Assembly: GCF_003351905.1 (NCBI RefSeq)
Contig: NZ_CP022339.1
Coordinates: forward strand, 420,001-452,000
Length of the DNA stretch: 32,000 nt
Direction: 5' to 3'
Source of the DNA: Candidatus Saccharimonadota bacterium
GTDB taxonomy: Bacteria > Bacteroidota > Bacteroidia > Cytophagales > Amoebophilaceae
The translations under genes were made by a program, and so were the position numbers. Each line of letters starts with the position of its first letter. Position 1 is the stretch's first letter. Under the pieces are notes generated by a model. That model did no database searches and was not told where the DNA came from. It saw only the letters and a list, made by a program, of their open reading frames with translations. Shown here one piece after another: positions 1 to 9,660 of the stretch.

Positions 1-118
1 CGGTGGTTTAACCCCTCACGCACATCTAGTACGTTACCGTTTTGTGCGTCGTTGCTGCATCATAAGCGCATTTCAAAAGAAATCTAGTGATACAGTAGTC
101 CAGGAATAATTTTAATAT

Positions 119-991
119 ATGATGAGTGCTATTCAAGATTTTTTTTCCTTCTCTGATCCCAATGTACGCAACGTACTATTAGGCACCATCCTGCTGAGTA
201 CCAGTAGTGCTATGATTGGTGCATTTGCCCTGCTCAAAAGAAAGACTTTAATCAGCGATTCCATTGCACATGCCGTACTACCTGGTAGCTGTTTGGCTTT
301 CTTCCTAACTGGAGAAAAAAACTCTATTTGGCTTATTATAAGTGCTTTTATTACAGGTTGGCTGGCCTCTATAGCCATTGATCAAATCACAGCCCATTCC
401 AAAATAAAGCAAGATGCAGCCATTGCTATCGTTGCTTCCGTAGCGTTTGGCTTTGGTAGTTTTTTGCTATCTATATTGCAACATAGTGGTCAAGCGAGCC
501 AAGGGGGCTTAAAATCGTTTTTATTAGGTAGTGCGGCTACCCTACTACGAGCAGATGTGGTACTGCTACTCTGGTTGGGCTTGCTCATCATTTTAGTTTT
601 ATGCTTGTTTTTCAAAGAATTTATGGTTATTGCTTTTGATCGTCTTTTTGCGCAATCGATCGGTATTCCTGTTAAAAAAATGGATTTTTTGTTTACCAGT
701 TTAATGGTGCTTTCCATTGTCATTGGCATTAGGGCGGTAGGTGTCGTATTGATGAGTGCCATGCTGATTACGCCAGCCACTACGGCACGATTCTGGACGG
801 CTAAAATTTCCTATATCATGCTATTTGCTACATTGATTGCACTATTTGCTTCTTTAACAGGGGCGTTCATTTCTTATATGGTTCCTGCTATGCCTACTGG
901 GCCTTGGATTGTACTGATTATGTCACTTATCGCTTATGGTTCTTTTCTTGTTTCTTGGTGTTGCCGCATACTCAAAAAAAATGGATCATAG
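119..991 (+). CDS. Metal (Zn/Mn/Fe-chelate) ABC transporter permease, ABC-3 family (ZnuB/MntB-like)
   Basis: The 290-aa ORF is hydrophobic throughout with multiple TM helices. The segments DSIAHAVLPG and MSAMLITPATTARFW resemble conserved ABC-3 permease motifs. Confidence 0.85.
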   Translation: MMSAIQDFFSFSDPNVRNVLLGTILLSTSSAMIGAFALLKRKTLISDSIAHAVLPGSCLAFFLTGEKNSIWLIISAFITGWLASIAIDQITAHSKIKQDAAIAIVASVAFGFGSFLLSILQHSGQASQGGLKSFLLGSAATLLRADVVLLLWLGLLIILVLCLFFKEFMVIAFDRLFAQSIGIPVKKMDFLFTSLMVLSIVIGIRAVGVVLMSAMLITPATTARFWTAKISYIMLFATLIALFASLTGAFISYMVPAMPTGPWIVLIMSLIAYGSFLVSWCCRILKKNGS

Positions 992-1438
992 ATGCTACCA
1001 CTTACTTTGCCTTCCTTTGGTTATAAAACCAAGCAAGTATTAGATAAAACCTATATTTTAGATCTGGTACGTAAAAGATATGTATTGCTCACACCAGAAG
1101 AATGGGTACGGCAACATATGCTGCATTACTTGATTCATCACTGTGGGTATCCTAAGGGGTTATGCTGTTTGGAAAAAAGAATATATGGGGGAAAAAGGTA
1201 TTATAGGCCTGATATTATATGCTGCGATAGATTGGGTACCGCTAAAATGGTGGTAGAATGCAAAGCCCCCTACATCACCCTGACCAACGCAACCTTAGGG
1301 CAAATGATGCAATACAACCGACAGCTTGCTGTAGCGCACTTAGTAGTCACCAATGGGATCAGCCATTTTTGTTGGCAGTGGGAAGCAACCTTAAGGCAAT
1401 TTCAAGCGATAAGCTATATTCCAACCTATCAAGCATGA
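992..1438 (+). CDS. Free-standing type I restriction enzyme HsdR N-terminal (HSDR_N) domain protein
   Basis: The 148-aa ORF starts immediately after the permease stop codon (TAG then ATG). The motifs LTPEEWVRQH..L, VECKAP and VTNG match the about 150-aa HsdR_N-domain family that is widespread in Bacteroidota. Confidence 0.8.
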   Translation: MLPLTLPSFGYKTKQVLDKTYILDLVRKRYVLLTPEEWVRQHMLHYLIHHCGYPKGLCCLEKRIYGGKRYYRPDIICCDRLGTAKMVVECKAPYITLTNATLGQMMQYNRQLAVAHLVVTNGISHFCWQWEATLRQFQAISYIPTYQA

Positions 1439-1528
1439 TCCATTAGTGGCTGGCATCTATACCCAACTATTCCAAAAGCTTGATGGAAGCCTATTGGAAA
1501 AGACCCTAAAGCTTATTCGCAGATGCAT

Positions 1529-1628
1529 AAAAAAAGCAAGCCGAATATCGCGCTGCTACAACCACTATACCCTTGTTCCCTTCCAGGCCTGGGGGGATTA
1601 AGTAGGAGCTAGCCGTACCGGCTTGCCG
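1529..1628 (-). ncRNA. ffs: Signal recognition particle RNA (small bacterial SRP / 4.5S RNA)
   Basis: The minus strand reads GCAAGCCGG...CCCCCCAGGCCUGGAAGGGAACAAGGG...CGGCUUGC followed by U7. The core CAGG-CCU-GGAA-GGG-AACA-AGGG mirrors the E. coli domain IV sequence CAGG-UCC-GGAA-GGA-AGCA-GCC, including the GGAA tetraloop and the symmetric loop. An 8-bp closing stem (GCAAGCCG/CGGCUUGC) is followed by the U-tract. A TAAATTTA element resembling the Bacteroidota -7 box lies just upstream at 1632-1639. Confidence 0.8.
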
Positions 1629-1721
1629 TAGTAAATTTAGTGTTTTTTATTGAAATTAAAAAGTTTGTGTTCAAACAATGAGCGCCAACTTAAGGGAAAT
1701 CTATTCTAGCACAGAGCTACC

Positions 1722-1782
1722 TATTCATGAAACTGATTAGTAAGGCATTTTTATTTTTACTTTTTTCTTGATAAACAATCAG
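1722..1782 (+). repeat. Dispersed intergenic repeat, module X copy
   Basis: The sequence actgattagtaaggcatttttatttttacttttttcttgataaacaatcagtgacttgaac aligns by eye with 9662-9725 and with 3696-3743. Confidence 0.7.
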
Positions 1783-1813
1783 TGACTTGAACAAACCCCT
1801 GCCCATTAGTGCG

Positions 1814-3625
1814 TTATGCATCTAATAAGCCATCTGTATAACGTTTTATAAATGCAGCCAACGGTTCTCCTTCTAAAAGACCTTGTGCCAGTAGAGCCAA
1901 GTGATAAGCCTGTTCCACCAATGGTTTTTGTACCGCTTGATCAGTAGTAGCAAGGATTTTCTTTGCCAAAGGATGATTCCCGTTAATGGCTACATGCATG
2001 GAGCGGAAAGCTTGTTGTTTGGCCTCATTGCCTTGTGCAAATTGTGTCATACGCTTCAAATGCTCAGAAGTGATAAAAGCCACAGGCAACTCTTCTGGTA
2101 ACATAGCAGCTACATTCCAAGTAGTTTGCTCAGCGCCAATAATGGTTTCGTAAATAGATTTTAATCTTTCTCTTTCTTCTTCTGTAAGGATATGTGCAAT
2201 TGCTTCTTCTTTTTCAATTAAATTACCAATGGTATCGGTATCAACGCCTTTGAATTTAACCTTATCCAATTTATATTCAGCAAAATTAATAAAGTTCGTA
2301 TCAATCTGGCTATTCAATACCAATACATCATATCCTTTTTGTTGTGCTGCTTGTAAATAGGTAGCCTGTTTTTTAGGATCTGTGGTATAAAGTACAATCA
2401 AATTACCATGTTTATCAGTTTGATTTTTAGCGATTGTATCTTTGTACTCAGCTATGGTATAATAGTGGCCAGCTGTGTTTTGCAAAAGTACAACGTCCCT
2501 GATCCGTTCATCAAACTTAGCATCGGTTATCATCCCATACTTGATAAAAAGCGCAATATCATTCCATTTGGCTTCGTACGCTTTACGATCTTGCTCGAAC
2601 AGTGTTTCTAGCTTTTCTGCTACCTTTTTAGCAATATAGGTATTGATTTTTTTTACATTACTATCTGCTTGTAAAGCGCTTCTAGATACATTAAGCGGTA
2701 TATCCGGTGAATCAATAATACCATGTAACAAACGTAAAAAGTCTGGGATCACTTCTTTCACATCATTGGTAATAAACACCTGCCTTGCATAGAGTTGAAT
2801 GGTCTCTTTTTGCTCAAAGTAATTGGCCGCTTTAGGGAAATAGAGTATGCCTGTTAATGTAAATGGATAGTCAATACTTAGATGAATCCAAAAAAGTGGA
2901 TCTTCTGCAAAAGGATAAAGCTCTTTATAAAATTTAAGGTAGTCTTCGGGTTGTAAATCTGCCGGCCGTTTGATCCATAGTGGCATGGTGTTATTGATCA
3001 CCTTTTTATCAAATACGATTTCTACCGGTAAAAAGCGACAATGTTTATCTAAGATGGCATGAATGCGCTCTGGTTTCAAAAATTCTTCAGCCTCTTCCGA
3101 AAGATGCAAAATAACCTCTGTGCCTACTTCGTTTTTTTCAGTAGGATGTATTTCGAAATGCGTAGTACCATCACAACTCCAATGGGCGGCTTGAGCAGCT
3201 GGTTGATAAGATTTCGTAACAATCTCAACTTTTTTAGCTACCATAAAAGCGGAATAAAAGCCCAACCCAAAAAAGCCAATGAGTTGATGTTGATCTACTT
3301 GTTCTTTATATTTTTCTACAAATGCAGCAGCACCAGAAAAAGCAATTTGGTTGATATATTGTTTAATTTCATCAGCCGTCATGCCCAATCCATGGTCTTT
3401 AATGGTGAGTGTCTTGGCTGATGCGTCCAACAGCACCTCTACCTGTAACGTATCCGTGACGCCTTCATAAAGGCCCATAGCAGCTAACTTCTTAAGCTTT
3501 TGAACCGCATCGACTCCATTGGCCACTAATTCTCTTAAAAAAATGTCCTGATCGGAATAAAGAAATTTTTTAATAATCGGGAAAATATGTTCCGTATGCA
3601 CGGATATGGTTCCTTTTTCGTTCAT
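1814..3625 (-). CDS. htpG: Molecular chaperone HtpG (Hsp90)
   Basis: The 603-aa ORF carries the N-terminal GHKL ATPase signature (FLRELVANGVDA, DHGLGMT, GFFGLGFYSAFMVA) and has full-length Hsp90 architecture. Confidence 0.95.
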   Translation of the reverse strand: MNEKGTISVHTEHIFPIIKKFLYSDQDIFLRELVANGVDAVQKLKKLAAMGLYEGVTDTLQVEVLLDASAKTLTIKDHGLGMTADEIKQYINQIAFSGAAAFVEKYKEQVDQHQLIGFFGLGFYSAFMVAKKVEIVTKSYQPAAQAAHWSCDGTTHFEIHPTEKNEVGTEVILHLSEEAEEFLKPERIHAILDKHCRFLPVEIVFDKKVINNTMPLWIKRPADLQPEDYLKFYKELYPFAEDPLFWIHLSIDYPFTLTGILYFPKAANYFEQKETIQLYARQVFITNDVKEVIPDFLRLLHGIIDSPDIPLNVSRSALQADSNVKKINTYIAKKVAEKLETLFEQDRKAYEAKWNDIALFIKYGMITDAKFDERIRDVVLLQNTAGHYYTIAEYKDTIAKNQTDKHGNLIVLYTTDPKKQATYLQAAQQKGYDVLVLNSQIDTNFINFAEYKLDKVKFKGVDTDTIGNLIEKEEAIAHILTEEERERLKSIYETIIGAEQTTWNVAAMLPEELPVAFITSEHLKRMTQFAQGNEAKQQAFRSMHVAINGNHPLAKKILATTDQAVQKPLVEQAYHLALLAQGLLEGEPLAAFIKRYTDGLLDA

Positions 3626-3677
3626 GACTAATATATATTTAGGTTAAGTCTATTGATGCTGTAATTACCCCTATTAG

Positions 3678-3743
3678 ACGTGTCTATTCACGACGCTGGT
3701 CAGTAAGGCGTTTTTCTTTTAACAAAAGCCCAGTGACTGGAAC
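3678..3743 (+). repeat. Dispersed intergenic repeat copy (cgtgtctat block plus core motif)
   Basis: The sequence acgtgtctattcacgacgctggtcagtaaggcgtttttcttttaacaaaagcccagtgactggaac aligns with 14763-14820 and with 1722-1782. Confidence 0.65.
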
Positions 3744-4025
3744 AGATACGATTAGACCAGGCTAAATAGTGACTATACCAGCTAAGTTTGTAACTGGTCA
3801 GGCACCCTTGCTAGCAGGGACTATTTTTTTACAAATCCCATTTATATGGCCCCAAAATAGGTGATTTTGCCTATAGGGCTGCTTATATCTAATGCTATCA
3901 TTGCGATAATACAGCAGTACAAAAACCATGCCAATACATCCATGACCCTACCTTTATGACAGTCTATTTATCGTACCCACCCACTGCTTTTTGCACCTCT
4001 ACGTTAAAATATATTTTTATTTACG

Positions 4026-4661
4026 TTAGCGGTTATGGACCGCACGCTTTGCTATCGAAGACGCAGCCGTTGGTTGCAGCGCAACAGCGGGTTTTGAAGG
4101 TGATATGGTTCCAATATTGTCTATAAAATTAACTGTGGTGCCATGCCCTCCTGCATAAGCGTCCAATATATTGAATATATACCAAGCAATGGCAATGATA
4201 ATAAATAGATCACGTGTACGCGCACATTCCTTAATACGTTTTTCGGTGAATGCAGGATTCGGTTTATCCTTACCAGTCATAAGCAATGTACGCTTATGAT
4301 CGTTCATTTCTTGATGCTCTGAATAGATTCTAGCACCAACCAAAGCAAAGCCCACATAAAGGCAAGGCACCTTCCAGTAATCTTTATTATACACTTGTCC
4401 AAGTCCAGGCACTACCATAGAGGCCAGCCAACTGCGCTGTATCATAGCCTCTATAGGCATAGTTTTATACAATAAGGCTGCGTGATCTCCCTGGCCAGGC
4501 GATAGATCATTGCCTTTATGTTGTACAGCATAGAGGCATCGAGGCGCACCGTTGACCAAACCGGGTAAACCTGGCTGATATGGTAACGCAATGGCTTGCG
4601 TAAGGCAAGAGAAATATAACCCTATTACCACCATGAAATAAAAATTATAACGCACCTTCAT
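4026..4661 (-). CDS. DUF5683 family membrane protein
   Basis: The 211-aa ORF has an N-terminal signal or TM segment and the motif PGLGQVYNKDYWKVP typical of DUF5683. Its position 3 nt downstream of parB matches the common Bacteroidota synteny. Confidence 0.7.
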   Translation of the reverse strand: MKVRYNFYFMVVIGLYFSCLTQAIALPYQPGLPGLVNGAPRCLYAVQHKGNDLSPGQGDHAALLYKTMPIEAMIQRSWLASMVVPGLGQVYNKDYWKVPCLYVGFALVGARIYSEHQEMNDHKRTLLMTGKDKPNPAFTEKRIKECARTRDLFIIIAIAWYIFNILDAYAGGHGTTVNFIDNIGTISPSKPAVALQPTAASSIAKRAVHNR

Positions 4662-4664
4662 AGC

Positions 4665-5558
4665 TTACTTTGTATGCGAAATGATGGCCACAATTCTTCC
4701 TAATTCCTCCTCAGAATCAAATAAAATTTTGATTTCTCCTTGCTTTTGTGCATCTGCTTTTATAATTACCTTTGCATTAAATTGTTGGGTTAATTGCGTA
4801 GTGGTATTTTTTAATTTTGCCTTAAAAGAAGGATGCAGGTGTGTTTTAGTTATTTTTTTCAAATGGTCAGTAGCAAACAGGTCTTGGACTATTTTTTCTA
4901 CTTCTCGCACAGAAAGGGCATCTGCTAGAATCTTTTTCAATACGCTTAACTGTATCTCTGGGGTCTGAAGATTAATCAAGGCTCTGGCATGCCCCATAGA
5001 AATTTTTTGATCTCGAAGTGCAATTTGAATATCAGGAGGTAGTTTAAGCAATCGAAGGTAATTATTAACCGTTGTTCTATCTTTTCCAACCCGTTCTGCT
5101 AATGCTTCTTGTGTTAGTTTGCAATCTGTCAACAAACGTTGGTAACTCAGTGCAATTTCAACCGCATTTAACGACTCACGTTGGATATTTTCAATAAGTG
5201 CCACCTCTAACATATGTAGATCATCAGTGGTACGTATATAAGTAGGTACCTCCTCTAAACCAGCCAATTTAGCAGCACGTAGGCGTCGTTCTCCAGCTAT
5301 TAACTGATAGGCGTTACTGTCTAGTTTACGCACAGTAAGGGGTTGTATAATACCATGTAACTTGATAGACGCGCTTAACTCATCTAATGTTTCTTGGTTA
5401 AAGTCTTGACGAGGTTGACAAGGATTAATGGCAATGGATGCGATTTTAATCATTTTAAAAAAACGCTCAGCAGGATCAGCAGAGGCTTCACTATGTGCTC
5501 CCTGCAACAGGGCACTTAATCCCCTACCTAATACTCTATTTCCTTTTGTAGGCTGCAT
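4665..5558 (-). CDS. parB: Chromosome partitioning protein ParB (Spo0J)
   Basis: The 297-aa ORF contains the ParB box GERRLRAAKLAG, an HTH region (TQEALAERVGKDRTTVNNYLRLL) and the N-terminal LGRGLSALL motif. Confidence 0.95.
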   Translation of the reverse strand: MQPTKGNRVLGRGLSALLQGAHSEASADPAERFFKMIKIASIAINPCQPRQDFNQETLDELSASIKLHGIIQPLTVRKLDSNAYQLIAGERRLRAAKLAGLEEVPTYIRTTDDLHMLEVALIENIQRESLNAVEIALSYQRLLTDCKLTQEALAERVGKDRTTVNNYLRLLKLPPDIQIALRDQKISMGHARALINLQTPEIQLSVLKKILADALSVREVEKIVQDLFATDHLKKITKTHLHPSFKAKLKNTTTQLTQQFNAKVIIKADAQKQGEIKILFDSEEELGRIVAIISHTK

Positions 5559-5685
5559 AATTGAATATTTTATATCAGACTTCTTTTAAACATCACTGTT
5601 CACTCACACGTTAATCCGAATGTAAAACCGAGATCTATACGTACGGTTTTACGCACTGCGCAATCATGAGCGCCAAAGCAGTATA

Positions 5686-6453
5686 TTATTGCTTAGCGCC
5701 ACTAGTAATTTCTTCAGCAAGACTAAGGTAACTCACCGCTCCTTTACTATCCGCATCATAAATAATGGCTGGCATACCAAAACTTGGTGCTTCACTTAAC
5801 TTAATATTTCTTGGAATAATGGTTTCAAAAACCATGCTTTGAAAATGTTTCCTAACCTCTGCTACAATTTGATTCGCCAAACGAAGCCTCGCATCATACA
5901 TCGTCATCAATATACCCTCTATTTCCAGGTTAGGATTCAAACGAGATTGGATAATTTTAGTTGTATTTAACAGCTTGCCTAGTCCTTCTAAGGCAAAGTA
6001 CTCACACTGCACCGGTATAATTAAAGAATCCGCAGCGGTAAGTGCATTAATGGTGATTAAGCCTAAAGAGGGCGCACAATCTACTATAATGTAGTCGTAA
6101 GTGGGTGTTATGACCTTTAGCGTTTCTCTAATACGCCCTTCTCTATTCTTAAAGTTAACCATCTCCACTTCTGCACCCACTAAGTTGATATGAGAAGGCA
6201 AAAGATCTAGATGAGGCACACTGGTTGGTTGAATCAATAATGTAGGGTCTACAGCCTCTACAATGCATTCATAGATACTGCGTTCCACTTCCTCTGGCTT
6301 AATGCCTACACCAGAAGTTGCATTTGCCTGTGGGTCAATATCAATAAGAAGGGTTTTCTTTTCTAATATAGCAAGACTTCCTGCCAGGTTGATAGCAGTA
6401 GTAGTTTTGCCAACGCCACCTTTCTGATTTACAATCGCTACGATTTTTCCCAT
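5686..6453 (-). CDS. parA: Chromosome partitioning ATPase ParA (Soj)
   Basis: The deviant Walker A sequence [10 protein letters not shown] is present and the ORF has full ParA/Soj length. The ORF track starts at a GTG at 6459, but the ATG at 6453 gives the canonical [14 protein letters not shown]-terminus. Confidence 0.95.
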   Translation of the reverse strand: MGKIVAIVNQKGGVGKTTTAINLAGSLAILEKKTLLIDIDPQANATSGVGIKPEEVERSIYECIVEAVDPTLLIQPTSVPHLDLLPSHINLVGAEVEMVNFKNREGRIRETLKVITPTYDYIIVDCAPSLGLITINALTAADSLIIPVQCEYFALEGLGKLLNTTKIIQSRLNPNLEIEGILMTMYDARLRLANQIVAEVRKHFQSMVFETIIPRNIKLSEAPSFGMPAIIYDADSKGAVSYLSLAEEITSGAKQ

Positions 6454-7008
6454 AAACACTGCGATTTATTCGCATAAATTTTACAAATTTCAGCCATACC
6501 CCAAATCCTCATTTTCTATTCCCCCATAGCCAAGGCAATGTAATAGCTAAAAAAAATAAAAATCAAGTAAAAAAAATAAAACTAAATAAAACTAAATACT
6601 ACAAAAAGCACCAAAAAAAACAACGGACCAAATCACAAACGATTTCATTACCTTATGATTACCATATTATATAATATACCAATCCTCCAATCTATGAAAA
6701 AATAAAAATATATCAAAAAGTCGCTTACTAAGTATTTACCGCTTACTTTTTAAGTCTTATAAAGCCATATTTTTTTACCACAATGGCTACCATTTGGACC
6801 AATTGTACAACCCTATTAGCATAAAAAACATCCTTTGTAAAACATTACTGAAAGTAGAACGAAAATAGAAGCTAGCCCTTTAGCGCTTACTCCAGTTGTT
6901 TTGCGATGCATCTGTAACCCTACCTTCTAACCGAAACTTTGTAAGGCATGTTTACTGCTTGCTTTGGGGTAGCGCGGCTATCGCTGGATAGACACATAGC
7001 TTGGAAGT

Positions 7009-8871
7009 TTATCGTCCTAAATAAACCATTAAAATAGAAATATCAGCTGGACGCACACCACTAATCCGAGAAGCTTGGCCTAACGTAGCAGGTCTTTGTT
7101 TGCGCAACTTTTCTAATGCTTCTGCAGAGAGTGCTTTTAAATTGGCATAGTCAAAATCATTTGGAATATGGTAATCTTCTAATCGTTCCATCTTCTCTAC
7201 AAGCTCCTTTTCTTTTAGAAAATAAGGTTCATACTTAACCTGAATGCTCACCTGCTGCAACACCTCTTGTTCATACACAGAGAGGACATTGGCTTGCTGC
7301 TTGTCTAATGCAAGCAGATCATTAAAATCAATTTCAGGTCTTTTTAACAATGTGTAAGCAGATTGTACTTCTTCTATTAAGCTTGCACCTATTGCTTCTA
7401 AAGTGGGATTCATGTGCGCTGGCTGTATCTTCCATTGTTTCAAAAAATGAAAGACAGCAACAAGGGATTCTTTCTTTTTGGATAGCCTTTGCAACCGATC
7501 ATCATCCACCAAGCCGATCGCATGCCCCCGTTCTGTTAAACGTAGATCTGCATTATCTTGCCTGAGTAAGATACGAAACTCAGCCCGTGAAGTAAACATG
7601 CGATAGGGCTCTTCCGTACCTTTTCCCACTAAATCATCTATTAAAACACCAATATAGGCCTCGGACCTTTTGAATACCACTGGATTCTGTTCATTGATCT
7701 TTCTATACGCGTTAATCCCTGCCATGAGCCCCTGACAGGCCGCTTCTTCATAGCCTGTAGTACCATTGATTTGGCCTGCAAAGTAAAGATTTTGAATCAA
7801 CTGGGTTTCTAGGGTATAGCACAACTGCGTAGGAGGAAAATAATCATATTCAATCGCATAACCAGGGCAGATCATTTTTGCCTTTTCAAAACCAGCTATA
7901 GCCCTTAGCATCTTTAACTGGATGGCTTCTGGCAATGAAGTCGACAACCCATTTACATAGACCTGAATGGTATGCCAACCCTCTGGCTCCACAAAAATTT
8001 GATGACGCTCTTTATCTGCAAATCTATATACCTTATCTTCTATAGAAGGACAGTAACGAGGACCTACCCCTTGCACCTGGCCATTATAGATCGGAATATC
8101 GGCCAAATTATCCTTAATAAGGTTGTGTAGCGCTGGATTGGTATAGGTAATATAACAGCTTTTTTGCTTTGTAAGCCGCGTTCCACTTAAAAAAGAAAAA
8201 CGGCCTGGCAGCGGATCACCTGGCTGTATTTCCATTTTGGTGTAATCTAATGTTCTACCATCCACACGAGGAGAAGTCCCTGTCTTCATCCTTCCTGTTT
8301 CAAAACCCAATTTTTGAAGCTGCTCCGTAATACCCGTAGCCGCCCTTTCTCCAGAGCGCCCCCCGGTCATTTTTTTTGCACCAATATGAATCAGACCATT
8401 TAAAAAGGTCCCATTGGTTAAAACAACCGCTTGACTCTCGATCGTAATACCTAAAGCGGTTTGGACACCCTTTACCCTTCCCTCCTTAATCAGCAACGAT
8501 ACAACCATATCTTGCCAAAAATCGAGATTGGGCAATGATTCAAGGGCACTTCGCCAACACGCCGAGAATAACCCTCGATCATTTTGGGTGCGAGGACTCC
8601 ACATGGCCGGCCCCTTTGAGGTATTCAACATTCTAAACTGTATGGCTGATTGGTCCGCTACGATACCAGAAAAGCCTCCTAAAGCATCGACCTCCCGAAC
8701 AAGTTGCCCTTTGGAAATACCTCCCATGGCTGGATTACAAGACATTTGGCCAATCGTCTGCAAGCTCATGGTAATCAACAAAACCTTAGCGCCTAATCTA
8801 GAAGCCGCCGCAGCTGCTTCACAACCCGCATGACCACCACCCACTACAACAATATCGTAGGCAAGTAACAT
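7009..8871 (-). CDS. mnmG: tRNA uridine-5-carboxymethylaminomethyl(34) synthesis enzyme MnmG (GidA)
   Basis: The 620-aa ORF has the FAD-binding N-terminus [16 protein letters not shown] and GidA-family sequence conserved throughout. Confidence 0.97.
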   Translation of the reverse strand: MLLAYDIVVVGGGHAGCEAAAAASRLGAKVLLITMSLQTIGQMSCNPAMGGISKGQLVREVDALGGFSGIVADQSAIQFRMLNTSKGPAMWSPRTQNDRGLFSACWRSALESLPNLDFWQDMVVSLLIKEGRVKGVQTALGITIESQAVVLTNGTFLNGLIHIGAKKMTGGRSGERAATGITEQLQKLGFETGRMKTGTSPRVDGRTLDYTKMEIQPGDPLPGRFSFLSGTRLTKQKSCYITYTNPALHNLIKDNLADIPIYNGQVQGVGPRYCPSIEDKVYRFADKERHQIFVEPEGWHTIQVYVNGLSTSLPEAIQLKMLRAIAGFEKAKMICPGYAIEYDYFPPTQLCYTLETQLIQNLYFAGQINGTTGYEEAACQGLMAGINAYRKINEQNPVVFKRSEAYIGVLIDDLVGKGTEEPYRMFTSRAEFRILLRQDNADLRLTERGHAIGLVDDDRLQRLSKKKESLVAVFHFLKQWKIQPAHMNPTLEAIGASLIEEVQSAYTLLKRPEIDFNDLLALDKQQANVLSVYEQEVLQQVSIQVKYEPYFLKEKELVEKMERLEDYHIPNDFDYANLKALSAEALEKLRKQRPATLGQASRISGVRPADISILMVYLGR

Positions 8872-8882
8872 AATTTTAAAAA

Positions 8883-8898
8883 TGTTTCACGTGAAACA
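8883..8898. promoter_or_regulatory. parS: parS centromere-like ParB binding site
   Basis: TGTTTCACGTGAAACA is a perfect match to the 16-bp palindromic parS consensus TGTTNCACGTGAAACA. It lies 11 nt upstream of the mnmG start and 2.4-3.3 kb from parA and parB. Confidence 0.85.
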
Positions 8899-9143
8899 TA
8901 CCCATCATAATGAGATAAAGAAAAGGCCTGCCATCCAACGGGTTATCGATTTAGCTAACCGACTGCTGAGAGGAGAACCTATTGTAGCTACATAGGATCG
9001 GTATCATTGATGATCAGGTAACATATTACCACTTCACCGATAAAAAACAATAAAAATAGACGACCCAAAGCAATAGGCTCCTGGACCACAGTGGATTGGT
9101 GTAGATGCCTAATAATAAAGTGGGTAGCTATAGATCACAACCC

Positions 9144-9581
9144 TTACAGAACCGGAGCGTTCATCAGTAAATCACGACCGGGAAAGAAAAACGCAATTTC
9201 TGATGCAGCTGTTTCATCTGAGTCTGAGCCATGAATAGCATTATAATCAATAGAAGTAGCAAAGGCCTTTCTAATGGTACCATCCGCAGCTTCTGCTGGA
9301 TTGGTAGCGCCCATTAGTTTACGCAGATCTGCTACGGCATGCTCTTTTTCCAAGACCATAGCCACCACAGGACCAGAGGCTATGAAACTACATAACTCTT
9401 TATAAAAAGGGCGATGCGCATGCACGGCATAAAAGTGCTCAGCAGCGGCTGGGGTTAACTGAAGCATAGAAATGGCATGTATAGAAAACCCTGTTTTTTC
9501 TATCATGGATAGTATAGCACCAATATGATTGGCACGAACTGCATCAGGTTTAATCATTGAAAATGTGTATCTTCCTTGCAT
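9144..9581 (-). CDS. ndk: Nucleoside diphosphate kinase
   Basis: The 145-aa ORF shows [10 protein letters not shown] and NAIHGSD (active-site His), with a typical Ndk length. Confidence 0.95.
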   Translation of the reverse strand: MQGRYTFSMIKPDAVRANHIGAILSMIEKTGFSIHAISMLQLTPAAAEHFYAVHAHRPFYKELCSFIASGPVVAMVLEKEHAVADLRKLMGATNPAEAADGTIRKAFATSIDYNAIHGSDSDETAASEIAFFFPGRDLLMNAPVL

Positions 9582-9660
9582 CTTTTTTATTTAATGAATG
9601 TAATAATAAGGGATATATCTATCAGTTTTTTATAATTAAAAAAGGTATCTGTTCACATTA

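Noticed and set aside
1-109. Open reading frames running off the left edge. Frame 1 stops at 85-87 and frame 2 stops at 107-109. Either could be the 3' end of the ABC transporter ATPase gene.
   Set aside because: Two frames are open and neither short peptide contains a recognisable motif. Operon logic alone is not enough to support a call.
133-780. Minus-strand ORFs 133-378 and 490-780 inside the ABC permease gene.
   Set aside because: They are antisense shadow ORFs within a well-supported CDS and have no recognisable features. The same reasoning applies to 1258-1446, 1901-2101, 2408-2611, 3059-3421, 4681-4968, 7350-7565, 8528-8833, 11255-11458, 15797-16093, 16228-16422, 18235-18420, 18852-19058, 19745-19948, 19977-20183, 21419-21607, 23732-24034, 24472-24714, 26832-27023, 27318-27518, 28280-28510, 29043-29237 and 30085-30294.
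3626-4025. A possible ncRNA or riboswitch in the 400-bp spacer upstream of htpG, suggested by the repeated ctggtcag and gtgact motifs and a weak hairpin with a T-run at about 3806-3835.
   Set aside because: I could not fold it into any known RNA class (RNase P, tmRNA or 6S signatures are absent). Part of the spacer is explained by the dispersed repeat copy at 3678-3743.
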